A DNA stretch of 64,000 bases from Nibricoccus sp. Lineage in GTDB: Bacteria > Verrucomicrobiota > Verrucomicrobiia > Opitutales > Opitutaceae. Within the stretch, counting starts at the first letter, position 1, and every line of letters starts with the position of its first letter. A program made the position numbers and the translations under genes. Positions 18,998 through 28,964 of this stretch are shown here, piece by piece. The DNA lies in the NCBI GenBank assembly GCA_047602425.1, contig JASGHG010000001.1, forward strand, positions 448,001 through 512,000, read 5' to 3'. The notes beneath the pieces are model-generated. The model made no database searches, was not told where the DNA came from, and saw only the letters and a program-made list of their open reading frames with translations.

Positions 18998-20887
18998 ATG
19001 TGCGGCATCGCCGGTTTTATCAGCTCTGAGTACCTGCCCGAGACACGTCGCGCGGCGGTTGAGCGTATGTGCGCTGCCATGCAACGCCGCGGGCCCGACG
19101 ACAGCGGTGTGATGACCTCGCCCAATGCCACGCTCGGCATGCGGCGACTCGCCATTTTCGATCCGCTCAACAGCCGCCAGCCTATGGCCACGGAGGACGG
19201 GCGGTACCAAATCGTTTTTAATGGCGCCATTTACAACTTTCGCGAACTCCGCGTCGAGTTGGAGAAAACAGGAACCGCCTTCAACACCCAAGGCGACACT
19301 GAGGTTCTGCTCGCTGCCTACGCGCACTGGGGCGTCGCCTGCCTTCAACGCTTGCGCGGCATGTTCGCTTTTGCCATTTGGGACACGCAGGACCACACGC
19401 TCTTCCTCGCGCGCGATCCGTTCGGTATCAAACCGCTCTACTATGCCCACGATGGAGGCACACTGCTATTCGCTTCCGAACTCAACGCCCTGACCGCGTC
19501 GCGCATCGTGCCCGTCGCGATCGACCCTGCTGCGCTTAACGCCGCCCTCTCCTACCTCGCCGTCCCCGCGCCGCACACAATCTATCAGGGCTTGCTCAGC
19601 CTGCGCCCAGGCGAATGTGCACTCCTCAAAGGCAGCACGCTCTCGATCCGCACATACTGGAGTTTTAACGACGCCAACAACGCCAACGTCGATACGTGCC
19701 GAACCGAGCGCCGTTTCCAACGTGAATTGCGCGAGCGGCTCGAAGACACGATCCACGCCCACTCGCTTGCCGATGTGCCCGTCGGCGCCTTCCTCTCCGG
19801 TGGACTCGACTCGAGCGCGCTCGTCGCGCTCATGCAGCGCGCGACGAGCGGTAAGCTGAAAACGTTCTCGATCGGCTTCAATGAAGCCGCTTACTCCGAG
19901 GCCACCGAGGCCGAGGCCGCCGCTAAACATTTCGGCACCGAACACCACACCCATATCCTCACGGGGGAACAAGTTGCCAGCGACATCGAGTCCATTCTCG
20001 CCACCTACGACCAGCCGAGCGGCGACGCGATCAACACCTACTACATCAGCCAGGTGGCCCGCGACGGCGGCGTGACGGTCGCGTTGTCCGGACTCGGCGG
20101 TGACGAGCTCTTTGGCGGTTATCCGTGGTTTAAGACCACGCCCAAGCTCGCCCGCTGGCTGCCGTGGTGGCGTCGGCTCCCCAGCCTGCTTCGCGACCAC
20201 ATCCTCGTCCGCCTGCAGCAGGGCGATGCCCGCGCGCGCAAGCTCGCCGATTTCCTGCGCCACGGTCGCAACATTCACGAACTCGCCGCCCTCCAGCGTC
20301 GCAATTTCTCCGAAGCCGCACGCCGCAACCTTCTCAACGGCGATATCCGATACACACCGCATCCCGAACTCGTTCACCTGCCCGCCGAACTCGCCGATGC
20401 CGATCCAACCGAAATCGTCAGCGCCTGGGAAATGCGCACCTACATGGGCGACGTTCTCCTCCGCGACAGCGATGTCATGAGCATGCGTCACTCGCTCGAA
20501 CTCCGTGTGCCCTTTGTCGACCGTCCGTTCGTAGAGTGGATTTGGAACCAACGAACCCGCTACAAACACACGCCAAAACATCCAAAACAGGCGCTCGCCC
20601 ACGCGGTTCGCGATTTACTTCCACCCGGTATCGCCAAACGCGAGAAGCGCGGCTTCACGCTTCCTCTCGAACAATGGATGCGGGGCCCGTTGCGCCCGTT
20701 TCTCGATGAAATTTTCACGCTGGAAAACATCTCCCGCAGTGGCCTTTTCGATGGCGCGGGCGTGCAAGGCGCCTGGCATGGCTTCATCAATGGTGACGAT
20801 CCGCGCGAATGGTCGCGCGTTTGGACGCTCGCCATCGCTGTTGCCTTTGTGAACCGCGCCCACCAACCTGTCGCCACCTCAAAATGA
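18998..20887 (+). CDS. asnB: Asparagine synthase-family glutamine amidotransferase (glycan cluster)
   Basis: MCGIAGF (Ntn Cys2), RRGPDD, FLSGGLDSS, LSGLGGDELFGGY, ELRVPFVD. Confidence 0.92.
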   Translation: MCGIAGFISSEYLPETRRAAVERMCAAMQRRGPDDSGVMTSPNATLGMRRLAIFDPLNSRQPMATEDGRYQIVFNGAIYNFRELRVELEKTGTAFNTQGDTEVLLAAYAHWGVACLQRLRGMFAFAIWDTQDHTLFLARDPFGIKPLYYAHDGGTLLFASELNALTASRIVPVAIDPAALNAALSYLAVPAPHTIYQGLLSLRPGECALLKGSTLSIRTYWSFNDANNANVDTCRTERRFQRELRERLEDTIHAHSLADVPVGAFLSGGLDSSALVALMQRATSGKLKTFSIGFNEAAYSEATEAEAAAKHFGTEHHTHILTGEQVASDIESILATYDQPSGDAINTYYISQVARDGGVTVALSGLGGDELFGGYPWFKTTPKLARWLPWWRRLPSLLRDHILVRLQQGDARARKLADFLRHGRNIHELAALQRRNFSEAARRNLLNGDIRYTPHPELVHLPAELADADPTEIVSAWEMRTYMGDVLLRDSDVMSMRHSLELRVPFVDRPFVEWIWNQRTRYKHTPKHPKQALAHAVRDLLPPGIAKREKRGFTLPLEQWMRGPLRPFLDEIFTLENISRSGLFDGAGVQGAWHGFINGDDPREWSRVWTLAIAVAFVNRAHQPVATSK

Positions 20888-21960
20888 ACGCACTTCTGCT
20901 GGCTCCAGAGTTGTTCGCAAGCGAGGGAGGAATCCCACGTATTCTGCGCCTTTATCTCAAGGCCCTGTGTGAACTGAGCGAACCCGCCGGCAACGTGTCG
21001 GTCGTTTCTCTCAACGACGTTTCCTTCGACTCGCGCGATCTGCGCCGTTACTCTAACCAACGACTCACCGACTGGGCTGCCTGCGGCCGAAGCAAACTAC
21101 GCTTTCTCCAAGCCGCACGTCGCATGAGCAAACACGTCGACCTCGTCGTGTGCGGCCACGTTGCTCAATTGCCCGTCGCATGGGGCTTGCGCAAGCTGCG
21201 GAAAAAGCCTTTCAAGTATACACTCGTCGCCCACGGCATTGAGGTCTGGCGCCCGTTCAGTCGCCTTGAGCTTCTCGCGCTGCGCGGCGCCGATAGAATT
21301 TGGTGCGTGAGCGAATTCACCCGTCGCGAATTGCTTCGTCACAGCAAACTTCCACTCACCACGACAGTCGTGTTGCCCAACGGTCTCGATCCTTTTCTCC
21401 ACGTACCCGAACCAGCGGCCAGTGTCACGGAATATGACATTCTAACCGTTTCGCGGCTGAACAACTCCGACAGCTACAAAGGCATCGATCATCTGATCGA
21501 AGCCATGCCCGCAATTCGACGCGGTATTCCCGCCGCCCGCCTGCGCGTGGTCGGTCGCGGCGACGACTTGCCGCGCCTGCACGAGATCGCCGTCCGCTTG
21601 CACGTCGACAAGGCCGTCGAGTTCCTGGGCTATGTGAACGACGAAGATCTCAAACGCGAACTCAACGCCTGCCGGCTTTTCGCTCTCCCGAGTCAGAAGG
21701 AAGGCTTCGGCCTCGTCTTCCTTGAAGCGATGACCCATGGTAAACCCTGTATCGGTGCGCGCGATGGAGGCATCCCGGAAGTCATCACCCCGCTGACCGG
21801 GCAACTCGTAAATTACGGCAACATCCCGGAGCTCGCCGAAACCTGTGTGAGCGCCTTGCGACGCAAATGGGACCCCGCCGCCATCCAGGAACGGGCCAAC
21901 GAATTTTCGTATTCGCGTTTTCGCGACAAACTCACCTCGCTGATTCCTCTTTCAGCTTGA
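20884..21960 (+). CDS. GT4 family glycosyltransferase
   Basis: YKGIDHLIEA, EGFGLVFLEAM. ATG at 20884 overlaps the asnB stop. Confidence 0.92.
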   Translation: MNALLLAPELFASEGGIPRILRLYLKALCELSEPAGNVSVVSLNDVSFDSRDLRRYSNQRLTDWAACGRSKLRFLQAARRMSKHVDLVVCGHVAQLPVAWGLRKLRKKPFKYTLVAHGIEVWRPFSRLELLALRGADRIWCVSEFTRRELLRHSKLPLTTTVVLPNGLDPFLHVPEPAASVTEYDILTVSRLNNSDSYKGIDHLIEAMPAIRRGIPAARLRVVGRGDDLPRLHEIAVRLHVDKAVEFLGYVNDEDLKRELNACRLFALPSQKEGFGLVFLEAMTHGKPCIGARDGGIPEVITPLTGQLVNYGNIPELAETCVSALRRKWDPAAIQERANEFSYSRFRDKLTSLIPLSA

Positions 21961-22799
21961 GCGAAACTTCCAGCCACACCCGACCCGCGCCCCTCGTGAT
22001 TGAGGCTGGGCGCACCGAGCGTCACTACTGGCGCGATCTCTGGCGCTACCGCGAACTCCTCGGTTTCCTCGCTTGGCGGGACGTTAAGGTTCGTTACAAA
22101 CAAGCGGTGCTCGGCGTGGCCTGGGCGGCGATCCAGCCAGCGATCAATACGATCCTCCTGACCTTTGTTTTCGGCAAACTCGCCAAAATGCCGGATGGCG
22201 GCCTGCCTTATCCGCTGCTGGTGCTCGCCGGTCTGTTGCCCTGGCAGCTTTTCTCCGGCGCTTTCAGCGGAGCCGGCAACAGCCTCGTCAGCAATTCACA
22301 CCTAATTTCGAAAGTATATTTCCCGCGCCTGATCGTGCCGCTCTCCGCAGTTGCCGTCGCCTTGATCGACATGCTTGTCCTGCTCGTCATCGCCTTGCTG
22401 TACACGATCACAAAAAGCATCTACCCCTCCTGGCATCTGTTGCTGTTACCTGTCTTCGTCCTCGGTACGATGGTGATCGCCCTCGGCGCGGGTTTGTGGA
22501 TCACCGCGCTGACCGTCAAATACCGCGACTTCCGTTTCATCACGCCTTTCATTCTCCAAATCGGCGTGTTTGTAACACCCGTCGGTTATCGCACGGATTT
22601 CCTGCCCAACTGGCGCGACTGGCTCGCGCTCAATCCCCTCACCAGCATGGTGGAAGGCTTCCGCTGGTGCCTGCTCGGCGGCCGAACCGAATTCTACCAG
22701 CAAGGGTTATGGATCTCGACGGCGGTTATGGTGCTCATGCTCGTGACTGGCCTTTGGTATTTTCGCCGCACTGAACGTCAGTTCGCCGACGTGATCTGA
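21957..22799 (+). CDS. wzm: Wzm ABC-2 polysaccharide export permease
   Basis: WRDVKVRYKQAVLG, ISKVYFPR, LNPL, ERQFADVI. TTG at 21957 overlaps the previous stop. Confidence 0.92.
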   Translation: MSETSSHTRPAPLVIEAGRTERHYWRDLWRYRELLGFLAWRDVKVRYKQAVLGVAWAAIQPAINTILLTFVFGKLAKMPDGGLPYPLLVLAGLLPWQLFSGAFSGAGNSLVSNSHLISKVYFPRLIVPLSAVAVALIDMLVLLVIALLYTITKSIYPSWHLLLLPVFVLGTMVIALGAGLWITALTVKYRDFRFITPFILQIGVFVTPVGYRTDFLPNWRDWLALNPLTSMVEGFRWCLLGGRTEFYQQGLWISTAVMVLMLVTGLWYFRRTERQFADVI

Positions 22800-22803
22800 G
22801 ATC

Positions 22804-24030
22804 ATGAGCATGCCCATCATTTCCGTCGAAAATCTTGGCAAGCGCTACACGCTGCGGCACCAGGCGCGTTCTGGCCTGCTGCGCGACCGGCTTGCCTCGC
22901 TCCTGCGCAATCCCTTCCGGCAATTGCGCGAAGCTCGCGCGACAGCAGAGGATTTCTGGGCGCTGCGCGACGTCGGTTTCTCGGTCAATCAGGGCGATGT
23001 TCTCGGCATCATCGGTCGCAACGGCGCTGGCAAATCCACGCTGCTCAAAATTCTCTCACGCATCACCGAGCCCACGACCGGTCGCATTTCGATCCAAGGC
23101 CGCGTCGCTTCGCTCTTGGAGGTTGGCACTGGTTTCCACGGCGAACTCAGCGGCCGCGAAAATATTTTCCTTAACGGCGCGATCCTCGGCATGAGCCGCG
23201 CAGAGATCCGAAAAAAATTCGACGAGATCGTGGCCTTCGCCGAGGTGGAAAAATTTCTCGATACGCCGGTGAAACACTACAGCAGCGGGATGTACGTCCG
23301 TCTCGCCTTCGCCGTCGCCGCCCACCTGGAACCCGAAATCCTCATCGTCGACGAAGTCCTCGCGGTCGGAGATGCCGACTTTCAGGCAAAATGCATGGGA
23401 AAAATGCGTTCTGTAGCTTCAAGCGACGGCCGCACCGTTCTTTTTGTTAGTCACAATCTCTCATCCGTCCGGCAGCTTTGTAATCGAGCCATTTTCCTGA
23501 ACCAAGGCGCGCTCGTTTTTGCAGGCGACCCGTCCGCAAGTATAGCCGCCTACCTTTCTTCGAACAAGGGGCTGACAACCACCCCCGCCAAACAGAACCT
23601 CGGAAGCAATCTCGAACTGCTTTCATTTGCGGTGAAGTCTGAGCATCTTCCTGCTTTCGCCGATCTTGAGATCACCATGGAGCTTCGGGCGAAGAGTCCC
23701 GTCGCGATCCATGAACTCTGCCTCCTTTTCACTAACAGCGGCGGACAAAGAACGGCCTTGGTCGACCTTCGCACCGGCAAGGGAAACTATCGTCTGATAC
23801 AAAACCAAACCTTGTCACTTCGTACCATCGTTCAACGGCCAGGTTTTCTACCCGGCACCTACGGCGTCGGCTTTTTTATCCGCTCCGATCTGCACATGCA
23901 GGACCATTTGGCCCTGCAAAACATCGAAGTTCTCCCGCAGATTTCTCAGAACTCATGGGCTTCGTATGGCTTAGAATACCTCGGTATGGTGGCGCTTGAT
24001 TCCAGGGTTTCAGCCGATCTTTCGCCATAA
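22804..24030 (+). CDS. wzt: Wzt ABC polysaccharide export ATPase with C-terminal Wzt_C-like domain
   Basis: GRNGAGKST, YSSGMYVRLAFA, DEVLAVGD, VSH. Confidence 0.93.
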   Translation: MSMPIISVENLGKRYTLRHQARSGLLRDRLASLLRNPFRQLREARATAEDFWALRDVGFSVNQGDVLGIIGRNGAGKSTLLKILSRITEPTTGRISIQGRVASLLEVGTGFHGELSGRENIFLNGAILGMSRAEIRKKFDEIVAFAEVEKFLDTPVKHYSSGMYVRLAFAVAAHLEPEILIVDEVLAVGDADFQAKCMGKMRSVASSDGRTVLFVSHNLSSVRQLCNRAIFLNQGALVFAGDPSASIAAYLSSNKGLTTTPAKQNLGSNLELLSFAVKSEHLPAFADLEITMELRAKSPVAIHELCLLFTNSGGQRTALVDLRTGKGNYRLIQNQTLSLRTIVQRPGFLPGTYGVGFFIRSDLHMQDHLALQNIEVLPQISQNSWASYGLEYLGMVALDSRVSADLSP

Positions 24031-24059
24031 CTTACCGAATCAACCATCGTGTACCTACA

Positions 24060-24914
24060 ATGCCGTCTGCACCTGCCGTTACATTGGTGATCTTTTCCTG
24101 CGTTGGGCGAACCCACCTTCTACAGAAGACATTGGAGTCTTTTCGCCATCAGTGTCCCTACCCGTTCGCTGAAACCATTCTGTCCCTGGACGGAGAACTC
24201 GATCCCTCCTGCATTTCATGGATTCAGCCAACCCATGTCGTGCAGAGCCTTCAAAGAAGCGGCTACGTTCTCAGTATCGTGCGGGCGCTCGGCTTGGTGC
24301 GAACGCCTTTTCTCTTTTGGCTGGAAGACGACTGGTCGTTCAACCAACCCGTCAATCTGCCGCCGCTCATCGAGGCTCTCGCCACTCATGATACGTGGAC
24401 GCAGATTCGCCTTAATAAAACTGCTCCAATCGCTCCGAGCGAACGCGAGGCGCCACTGGACACCGCCGCGGGACTTTTCCGCTCTCAACATGGTTTCTCC
24501 GCCAACCCTCATCTTGGCCGAACCAGTCACCTGCTTGCTGGATTCAAAGCCTTCATCGAGAGCCCAAAGACCGCCGCCAACACCTTCGAGCCTTTCCTTA
24601 CAACATGGTTTGAATCCCACGGTCATATTTGCGCCATCCAGGATCCAGGGGAAAAGCCAGCCGTTGCCCACGCTGGCTATCTCGAAAGTACAGGACGGCA
24701 ATGGCACGCGACCATCTCGCTCTCCGAAAAACCTGCCCCTTATTCATCCGGCCTGCGCCAAGACGGCCGTCGACCCGCATTATGGCGTCGGATCGTTCTC
24801 GCCGGTCGTCTCATCAGCGCGGCCGTACGCGTCGGTCTACGCGCACTCTACAAATACAACGCCTATGACTTAGGGTTTCGCTTCATCGACCTCAGTAGGC
24901 GCAAAGATGAATAA
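24060..24914 (+). CDS. GT-A fold (GT2-like) glycosyltransferase
   Basis: LVIFSCVGR...LQKTLESF, FWLEDDW, FSANP, and cluster context. Confidence 0.7.
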   Translation: MPSAPAVTLVIFSCVGRTHLLQKTLESFRHQCPYPFAETILSLDGELDPSCISWIQPTHVVQSLQRSGYVLSIVRALGLVRTPFLFWLEDDWSFNQPVNLPPLIEALATHDTWTQIRLNKTAPIAPSEREAPLDTAAGLFRSQHGFSANPHLGRTSHLLAGFKAFIESPKTAANTFEPFLTTWFESHGHICAIQDPGEKPAVAHAGYLESTGRQWHATISLSEKPAPYSSGLRQDGRRPALWRRIVLAGRLISAAVRVGLRALYKYNAYDLGFRFIDLSRRKDE

Positions 24915-25028
24915 TGCCGTAGAAACTGCATTGGGAACCATTCTGCAGTTCAAGGATAGCCGCCTCTCGATTGCCAGATTATGGCGATATTATTTGGTTA
25001 TATTCTCTAATTCTGCACGCAGTCCACT

Positions 25029-25973
25029 GTGAGCAACGTCTCGTCCCCATTTTCCTTCCACCGTCGTTTCCTTCGCAGCCTGGCCTTTCGCTCCGCGGTC
25101 TTTTACCGATCCATTTTGCGCATACCCAGTCAGGCCCAAAGAACCAAACCAGCCGCAGAAGACTTTATCGCGATCACGATGACCGATCGGAAGCACGCGC
25201 TGATGTGCGAACAAATGCTGCTGAGCATGCAAAGAACCTGGTCCGAGTTACCGACCGTCCGGCTACTTGTCGATGACCGCCATGGTTCCGTAAATACCAA
25301 GCGATTACAGCGCAGCTACGGCGGACTCATCCAGTTGGTCGATTGGGCACACATCATCGAGCACCACAAAAACCGCCAACGCTTGGAACTGATCGAATTT
25401 GCCGAAGGTAATTTGTTGGGCCGCAAACTCGCTTTTATTCTGTCGGAAGCCGACCAACAAAAAACGCTTTGGATCGATAACGACATTCTCTTCTTCCAGG
25501 ATTTTCTTCCTTTGGTCCAAGCTCAACCTGACGGCGTGTTCGTCGGCGCCACGCGCGATTCGACCTTTGGTGGATCCGAAAAACTGGCGAGTTACGCGCC
25601 CGGACTCGCGCGTCATCTTTTCCAAGGCGATGCCAGCGTACCATCCGTAAACTCCGGCCTCACTCTAGCCAGTGGCTGTATTTACGATGCCTTTCAACTC
25701 GCTCCGCTCGTGAAGCACACCCTTGATACCCGCGAGCATAGTTACTTCACCGAACAAACCGTCATCGCCTGGGCCGCCCTTCGTTCAAGAAAAATTATTT
25801 GGGATATGCAGGTGGTTCGTCTGGACGATACGGACATTTACCAACTCGGGCCGTCCCCCACCGACCATTCTTGGCGCGCTCGCCACTACACGGGGAACAT
25901 CCGGCATCTATTTTGGCGCGATGCGTTTTTCCTGCGTTTCAGAGGGCGCAATAAAATCAGCCATGCAGGCTGA
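25029..25973 (+). CDS. Putative GT-A (GT8-like) glycosyltransferase
   Basis: WIDNDILFF (DxD), VNSG, EQT, RHY. GTG start. Confidence 0.65.
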   Translation: MSNVSSPFSFHRRFLRSLAFRSAVFYRSILRIPSQAQRTKPAAEDFIAITMTDRKHALMCEQMLLSMQRTWSELPTVRLLVDDRHGSVNTKRLQRSYGGLIQLVDWAHIIEHHKNRQRLELIEFAEGNLLGRKLAFILSEADQQKTLWIDNDILFFQDFLPLVQAQPDGVFVGATRDSTFGGSEKLASYAPGLARHLFQGDASVPSVNSGLTLASGCIYDAFQLAPLVKHTLDTREHSYFTEQTVIAWAALRSRKIIWDMQVVRLDDTDIYQLGPSPTDHSWRARHYTGNIRHLFWRDAFFLRFRGRNKISHAG

Positions 25974-26955
25974 AAATATCAACTTTCGGGAAAGCAGTCC
26001 CCGGTGCGTCATCACCATCGCGACCGGCCCCGTGTTCTACTGGAACATGGCCATCAATCTTGCACGCTCCATTCGCCTTTGGCACTCCCCCGAAAGCCTG
26101 CCGATCACCATTGTCACCGATCAGCCCCACACACTGCCCGCCGATCTGCTTGATATCGACAGAAGACTCGTCAAGTCGGATGAACTAGGCGCAGGCTTCG
26201 AAAGCAAACTACACATCGACCGCTTGGCTCCAGCCCAGCAAACACTGTTTATCGACTCAGATTGCCTCGTGTATGGATCGCTCTTTCCGCTCTTCGACCG
26301 ACTCGCCGGACAGGCGGTTGCCGTAATTGGCGGGACAATTAGTAGTGGTGAATGGTTTGGTGATGTCGGCGAATTTTGCCGCCGCCTGGGCGTATCGGAA
26401 ATTCCTAAATTCAACGGTGGATTATACTACGTTGAACCAGGTGAAACCGCCAAATCCGTTTACACGCGCGCCCGTGAGCTGGTGCAGCATTACGACAAGT
26501 TGGGATTGGTGCGGCTTCGCAACCAGCCCAACGATGAATTACTCATGGCCGCGGCCATGGCGTTGCAGGGGATCAAGGCATTTCCGGACGACGGCACCGT
26601 GATGAGCGATCCCCAAGCATGCCCCGGGCCGTTGCACGTCAACGTGCTTCGCGGCGAACGTCGGCTGTACAATCCACCTCCGCCCTCTCCTTCACATCAA
26701 GCGTGGTGCCCATTCACTGAAGTGCGTCCGCTGATCGTTCACTATCTAGGTCACCATGCTCGCGGACATCATTACCGTGCTGAGCGGTTGAGGCTTCGCC
26801 TCGCGGCCGCCGGTTGGCCCAAGCAACTCGCTCATAACATTGCCCTGCTTTTCGTGACGGCGCCGAGCTCCTTAAAACAGAAGTTCAAAGACCAGTTGCG
26901 CCCTCTCTTCCACCGTGTAGCGGGCCCACGGTCGGTTTCATCGGCGACTCGCTAA
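25963..26955 (+). CDS. Putative GT-A (GT8-like) glycosyltransferase
   Basis: LFIDSDC (DxD), FNGG, DE, VHY. ATG at 25963. Confidence 0.7.
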   Translation: MQAENINFRESSPRCVITIATGPVFYWNMAINLARSIRLWHSPESLPITIVTDQPHTLPADLLDIDRRLVKSDELGAGFESKLHIDRLAPAQQTLFIDSDCLVYGSLFPLFDRLAGQAVAVIGGTISSGEWFGDVGEFCRRLGVSEIPKFNGGLYYVEPGETAKSVYTRARELVQHYDKLGLVRLRNQPNDELLMAAAMALQGIKAFPDDGTVMSDPQACPGPLHVNVLRGERRLYNPPPPSPSHQAWCPFTEVRPLIVHYLGHHARGHHYRAERLRLRLAAAGWPKQLAHNIALLFVTAPSSLKQKFKDQLRPLFHRVAGPRSVSSATR

Positions 26956-26971
26956 CCAACGTCCCAGATAA

Positions 26972-27919
26972 ATGAGCACGGCCCCTGATGTTTCCGTTAT
27001 CATTCCCACCTACAATCGCCTGTGGTCCCTACCGCGAGCAGTGGATTCCTGTCGCGGCACTCGTTGTTCAACACAGATCATCGTCATCGACGATGGCAGC
27101 ACGGATGGAACCTGGGAATGGCTTCAATCCCAACCCGACCTCATCGCACTTCGACAGGACAACCAGGGACAGACTTGGGCGGTAAACAATGCCTTCCGTT
27201 CGGCCCAAGGCCGGTACATTCGATTTCTCGATTCAGACGATTTTCTCTCGCCCGGAACGATCGATCTCCAATTCGAACGAGCGCAGGAAACAGGAGCTCA
27301 ACTCGTTTATGGACGCGTTGACGATTTCTATCAGGATAGCGGTCGTATCTCACAAAATCCCGAAACTCCGGAATGGGACGACTTCATTGCCGTAGTTCTA
27401 GGCGAAGGTTATGGTTCCCATTACCTAGGAATGTTATTCGCCCGGGAACTTTTTGCCACGGTTCCCCCGCGAAGGCCCGATTTTGCCCTTCGTGACGATC
27501 GTCTTTTTCTTCACGAAATCGCATTGCTCCATCCCCGCATTGCAGCGACGCCGGGTTGCGCCGGCTACTGGGTCAAGCACACCGCCCAGATGCACACGAA
27601 CTATCAAGGCCTCCAAATTACGCTCGCCGCGGCCCAAATGCTCGGCATCTACCGACGGACGCTTAACGTGCTCGCGAAGCGCGGTGAACTCACTCCACGA
27701 CGAGTTCGCGCGGCTGTTCCGATCATTTGGCAAGCGGCGCACGCGCTTGCTCACACCCATCTTTCCGATGCTGCTGAGGCCGCAGCCTGGTGCGCGCAAC
27801 TTCAGCCTGGTTTTGTCCCGCCCGATTCAGGGCCCGTGCGCCTTTGCTTTCGGCTGCTCGGTTATCGAATGACCCACAGAATACTGCGCCTGCGGAGATG
27901 GATCCTAAGACGCAGCTGA
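26972..27919 (+). CDS. GT2 family glycosyltransferase
   Basis: VSVIIPTYNR, IDDGSTDGT, FLDSDD. Confidence 0.93.
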   Translation: MSTAPDVSVIIPTYNRLWSLPRAVDSCRGTRCSTQIIVIDDGSTDGTWEWLQSQPDLIALRQDNQGQTWAVNNAFRSAQGRYIRFLDSDDFLSPGTIDLQFERAQETGAQLVYGRVDDFYQDSGRISQNPETPEWDDFIAVVLGEGYGSHYLGMLFARELFATVPPRRPDFALRDDRLFLHEIALLHPRIAATPGCAGYWVKHTAQMHTNYQGLQITLAAAQMLGIYRRTLNVLAKRGELTPRRVRAAVPIIWQAAHALAHTHLSDAAEAAAWCAQLQPGFVPPDSGPVRLCFRLLGYRMTHRILRLRRWILRRS

Positions 27920-27952
27920 CCCATCTTGAGCGAGCTTCAGAGGACTACGTTC

Positions 27953-28957
27953 ATGAGCCAGCCGCCACTTAACCTTTTCTACGCAGAACCCGATGGCGAT
28001 CGCTGGCTCCCTTTCGATCGTTTCCCCCGCAAGATCGTACGGCGCATCGTGCGAGGCCCGCGCCGACCTGGCGGGCAGGAACGGGTGTTTCTCAATCTTA
28101 AGGCCGGCCTGGATCGTCTGGGCATTGCGTACCGAGCCAACGACTATCGCCACGCTCGGCGCCATCCGGATGAACTTTGTTGTGTGCTCGGGAAACGGCA
28201 TGTCCTAAACCAAGAGCCATGGCTAAATCCCCTCATGGTCGGTCCCTGCACTTATGACCATTCGATCGACGACCCAGATCTGCCTTCACGGCTTGATGTA
28301 CGACGAATTCTAGTTCCTGGGCCTTGGATGCGCGACATGTGTCGTTCCACTTGGGGAAATCTTGTTCATGCGTGGCCCGTGGGAATCGATACCGAGCGCT
28401 GGAAGCCAAATTCGACCGCGTCCAAATCGATCGACGTCGTTCTCTACAACAAAACCCTCTGGGATCGAGCGCGACACGAAACCGAACTCCTCAGTCCCAT
28501 TCGCGCAGAACTAGCACGCCGCAAGCTAACGTACGTCGAGTTCGTCTATGGTCACTACCGAGCTGTAGATTACGCTTCGGCCCTGCAGAAAGCGCGCGCA
28601 ATGATCTTTCTCTGCGAACATGAGACGCAAGGTATCGCTTATCAGGAAGCGCTTTCAAGCGATGTACCATTGATCGTGTGGGACAACGGCGGCGAATGGA
28701 AAGACCCAAGCTATTACCCGCATCGCGTTCGTTATGGCCCCGTCAGCTCGGTGCCGTATTGGGACGAGCGATGCGGAGTAAAGTTCACAACGGCTGCTGA
28801 GTTTGCCTCTTTCCTCGATCACTTTTTCACGCTTCAGCAGCGCGGTCTGTTCGCACCGAGACAATACATCTTGGACAATCTCACCCTGGAAAAATGCGCA
28901 CAAGCCTTCGTTGCTCACGCGCACGCTGCGGCAGTTGCAGAACGCGGCTCGTCCTGA
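27953..28957 (+). CDS. GT-B glycosyltransferase
   Basis: WPVGIDT, ETQGIAYQEAL (EX7E). Confidence 0.8.
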   Translation: MSQPPLNLFYAEPDGDRWLPFDRFPRKIVRRIVRGPRRPGGQERVFLNLKAGLDRLGIAYRANDYRHARRHPDELCCVLGKRHVLNQEPWLNPLMVGPCTYDHSIDDPDLPSRLDVRRILVPGPWMRDMCRSTWGNLVHAWPVGIDTERWKPNSTASKSIDVVLYNKTLWDRARHETELLSPIRAELARRKLTYVEFVYGHYRAVDYASALQKARAMIFLCEHETQGIAYQEALSSDVPLIVWDNGGEWKDPSYYPHRVRYGPVSSVPYWDERCGVKFTTAAEFASFLDHFFTLQQRGLFAPRQYILDNLTLEKCAQAFVAHAHAAAVAERGSS

Positions 28958-28964
28958 TTACCCG

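Noticed and set aside
6190..20602. Long antisense ORFs (e.g. 6190-7200, 7599-8981, 12771-13745, 14550-15560, 16502-17920, 19466-20602)
   Set aside because: They mirror well-supported genes, as expected from GC3 bias, and have no recognisable motifs.
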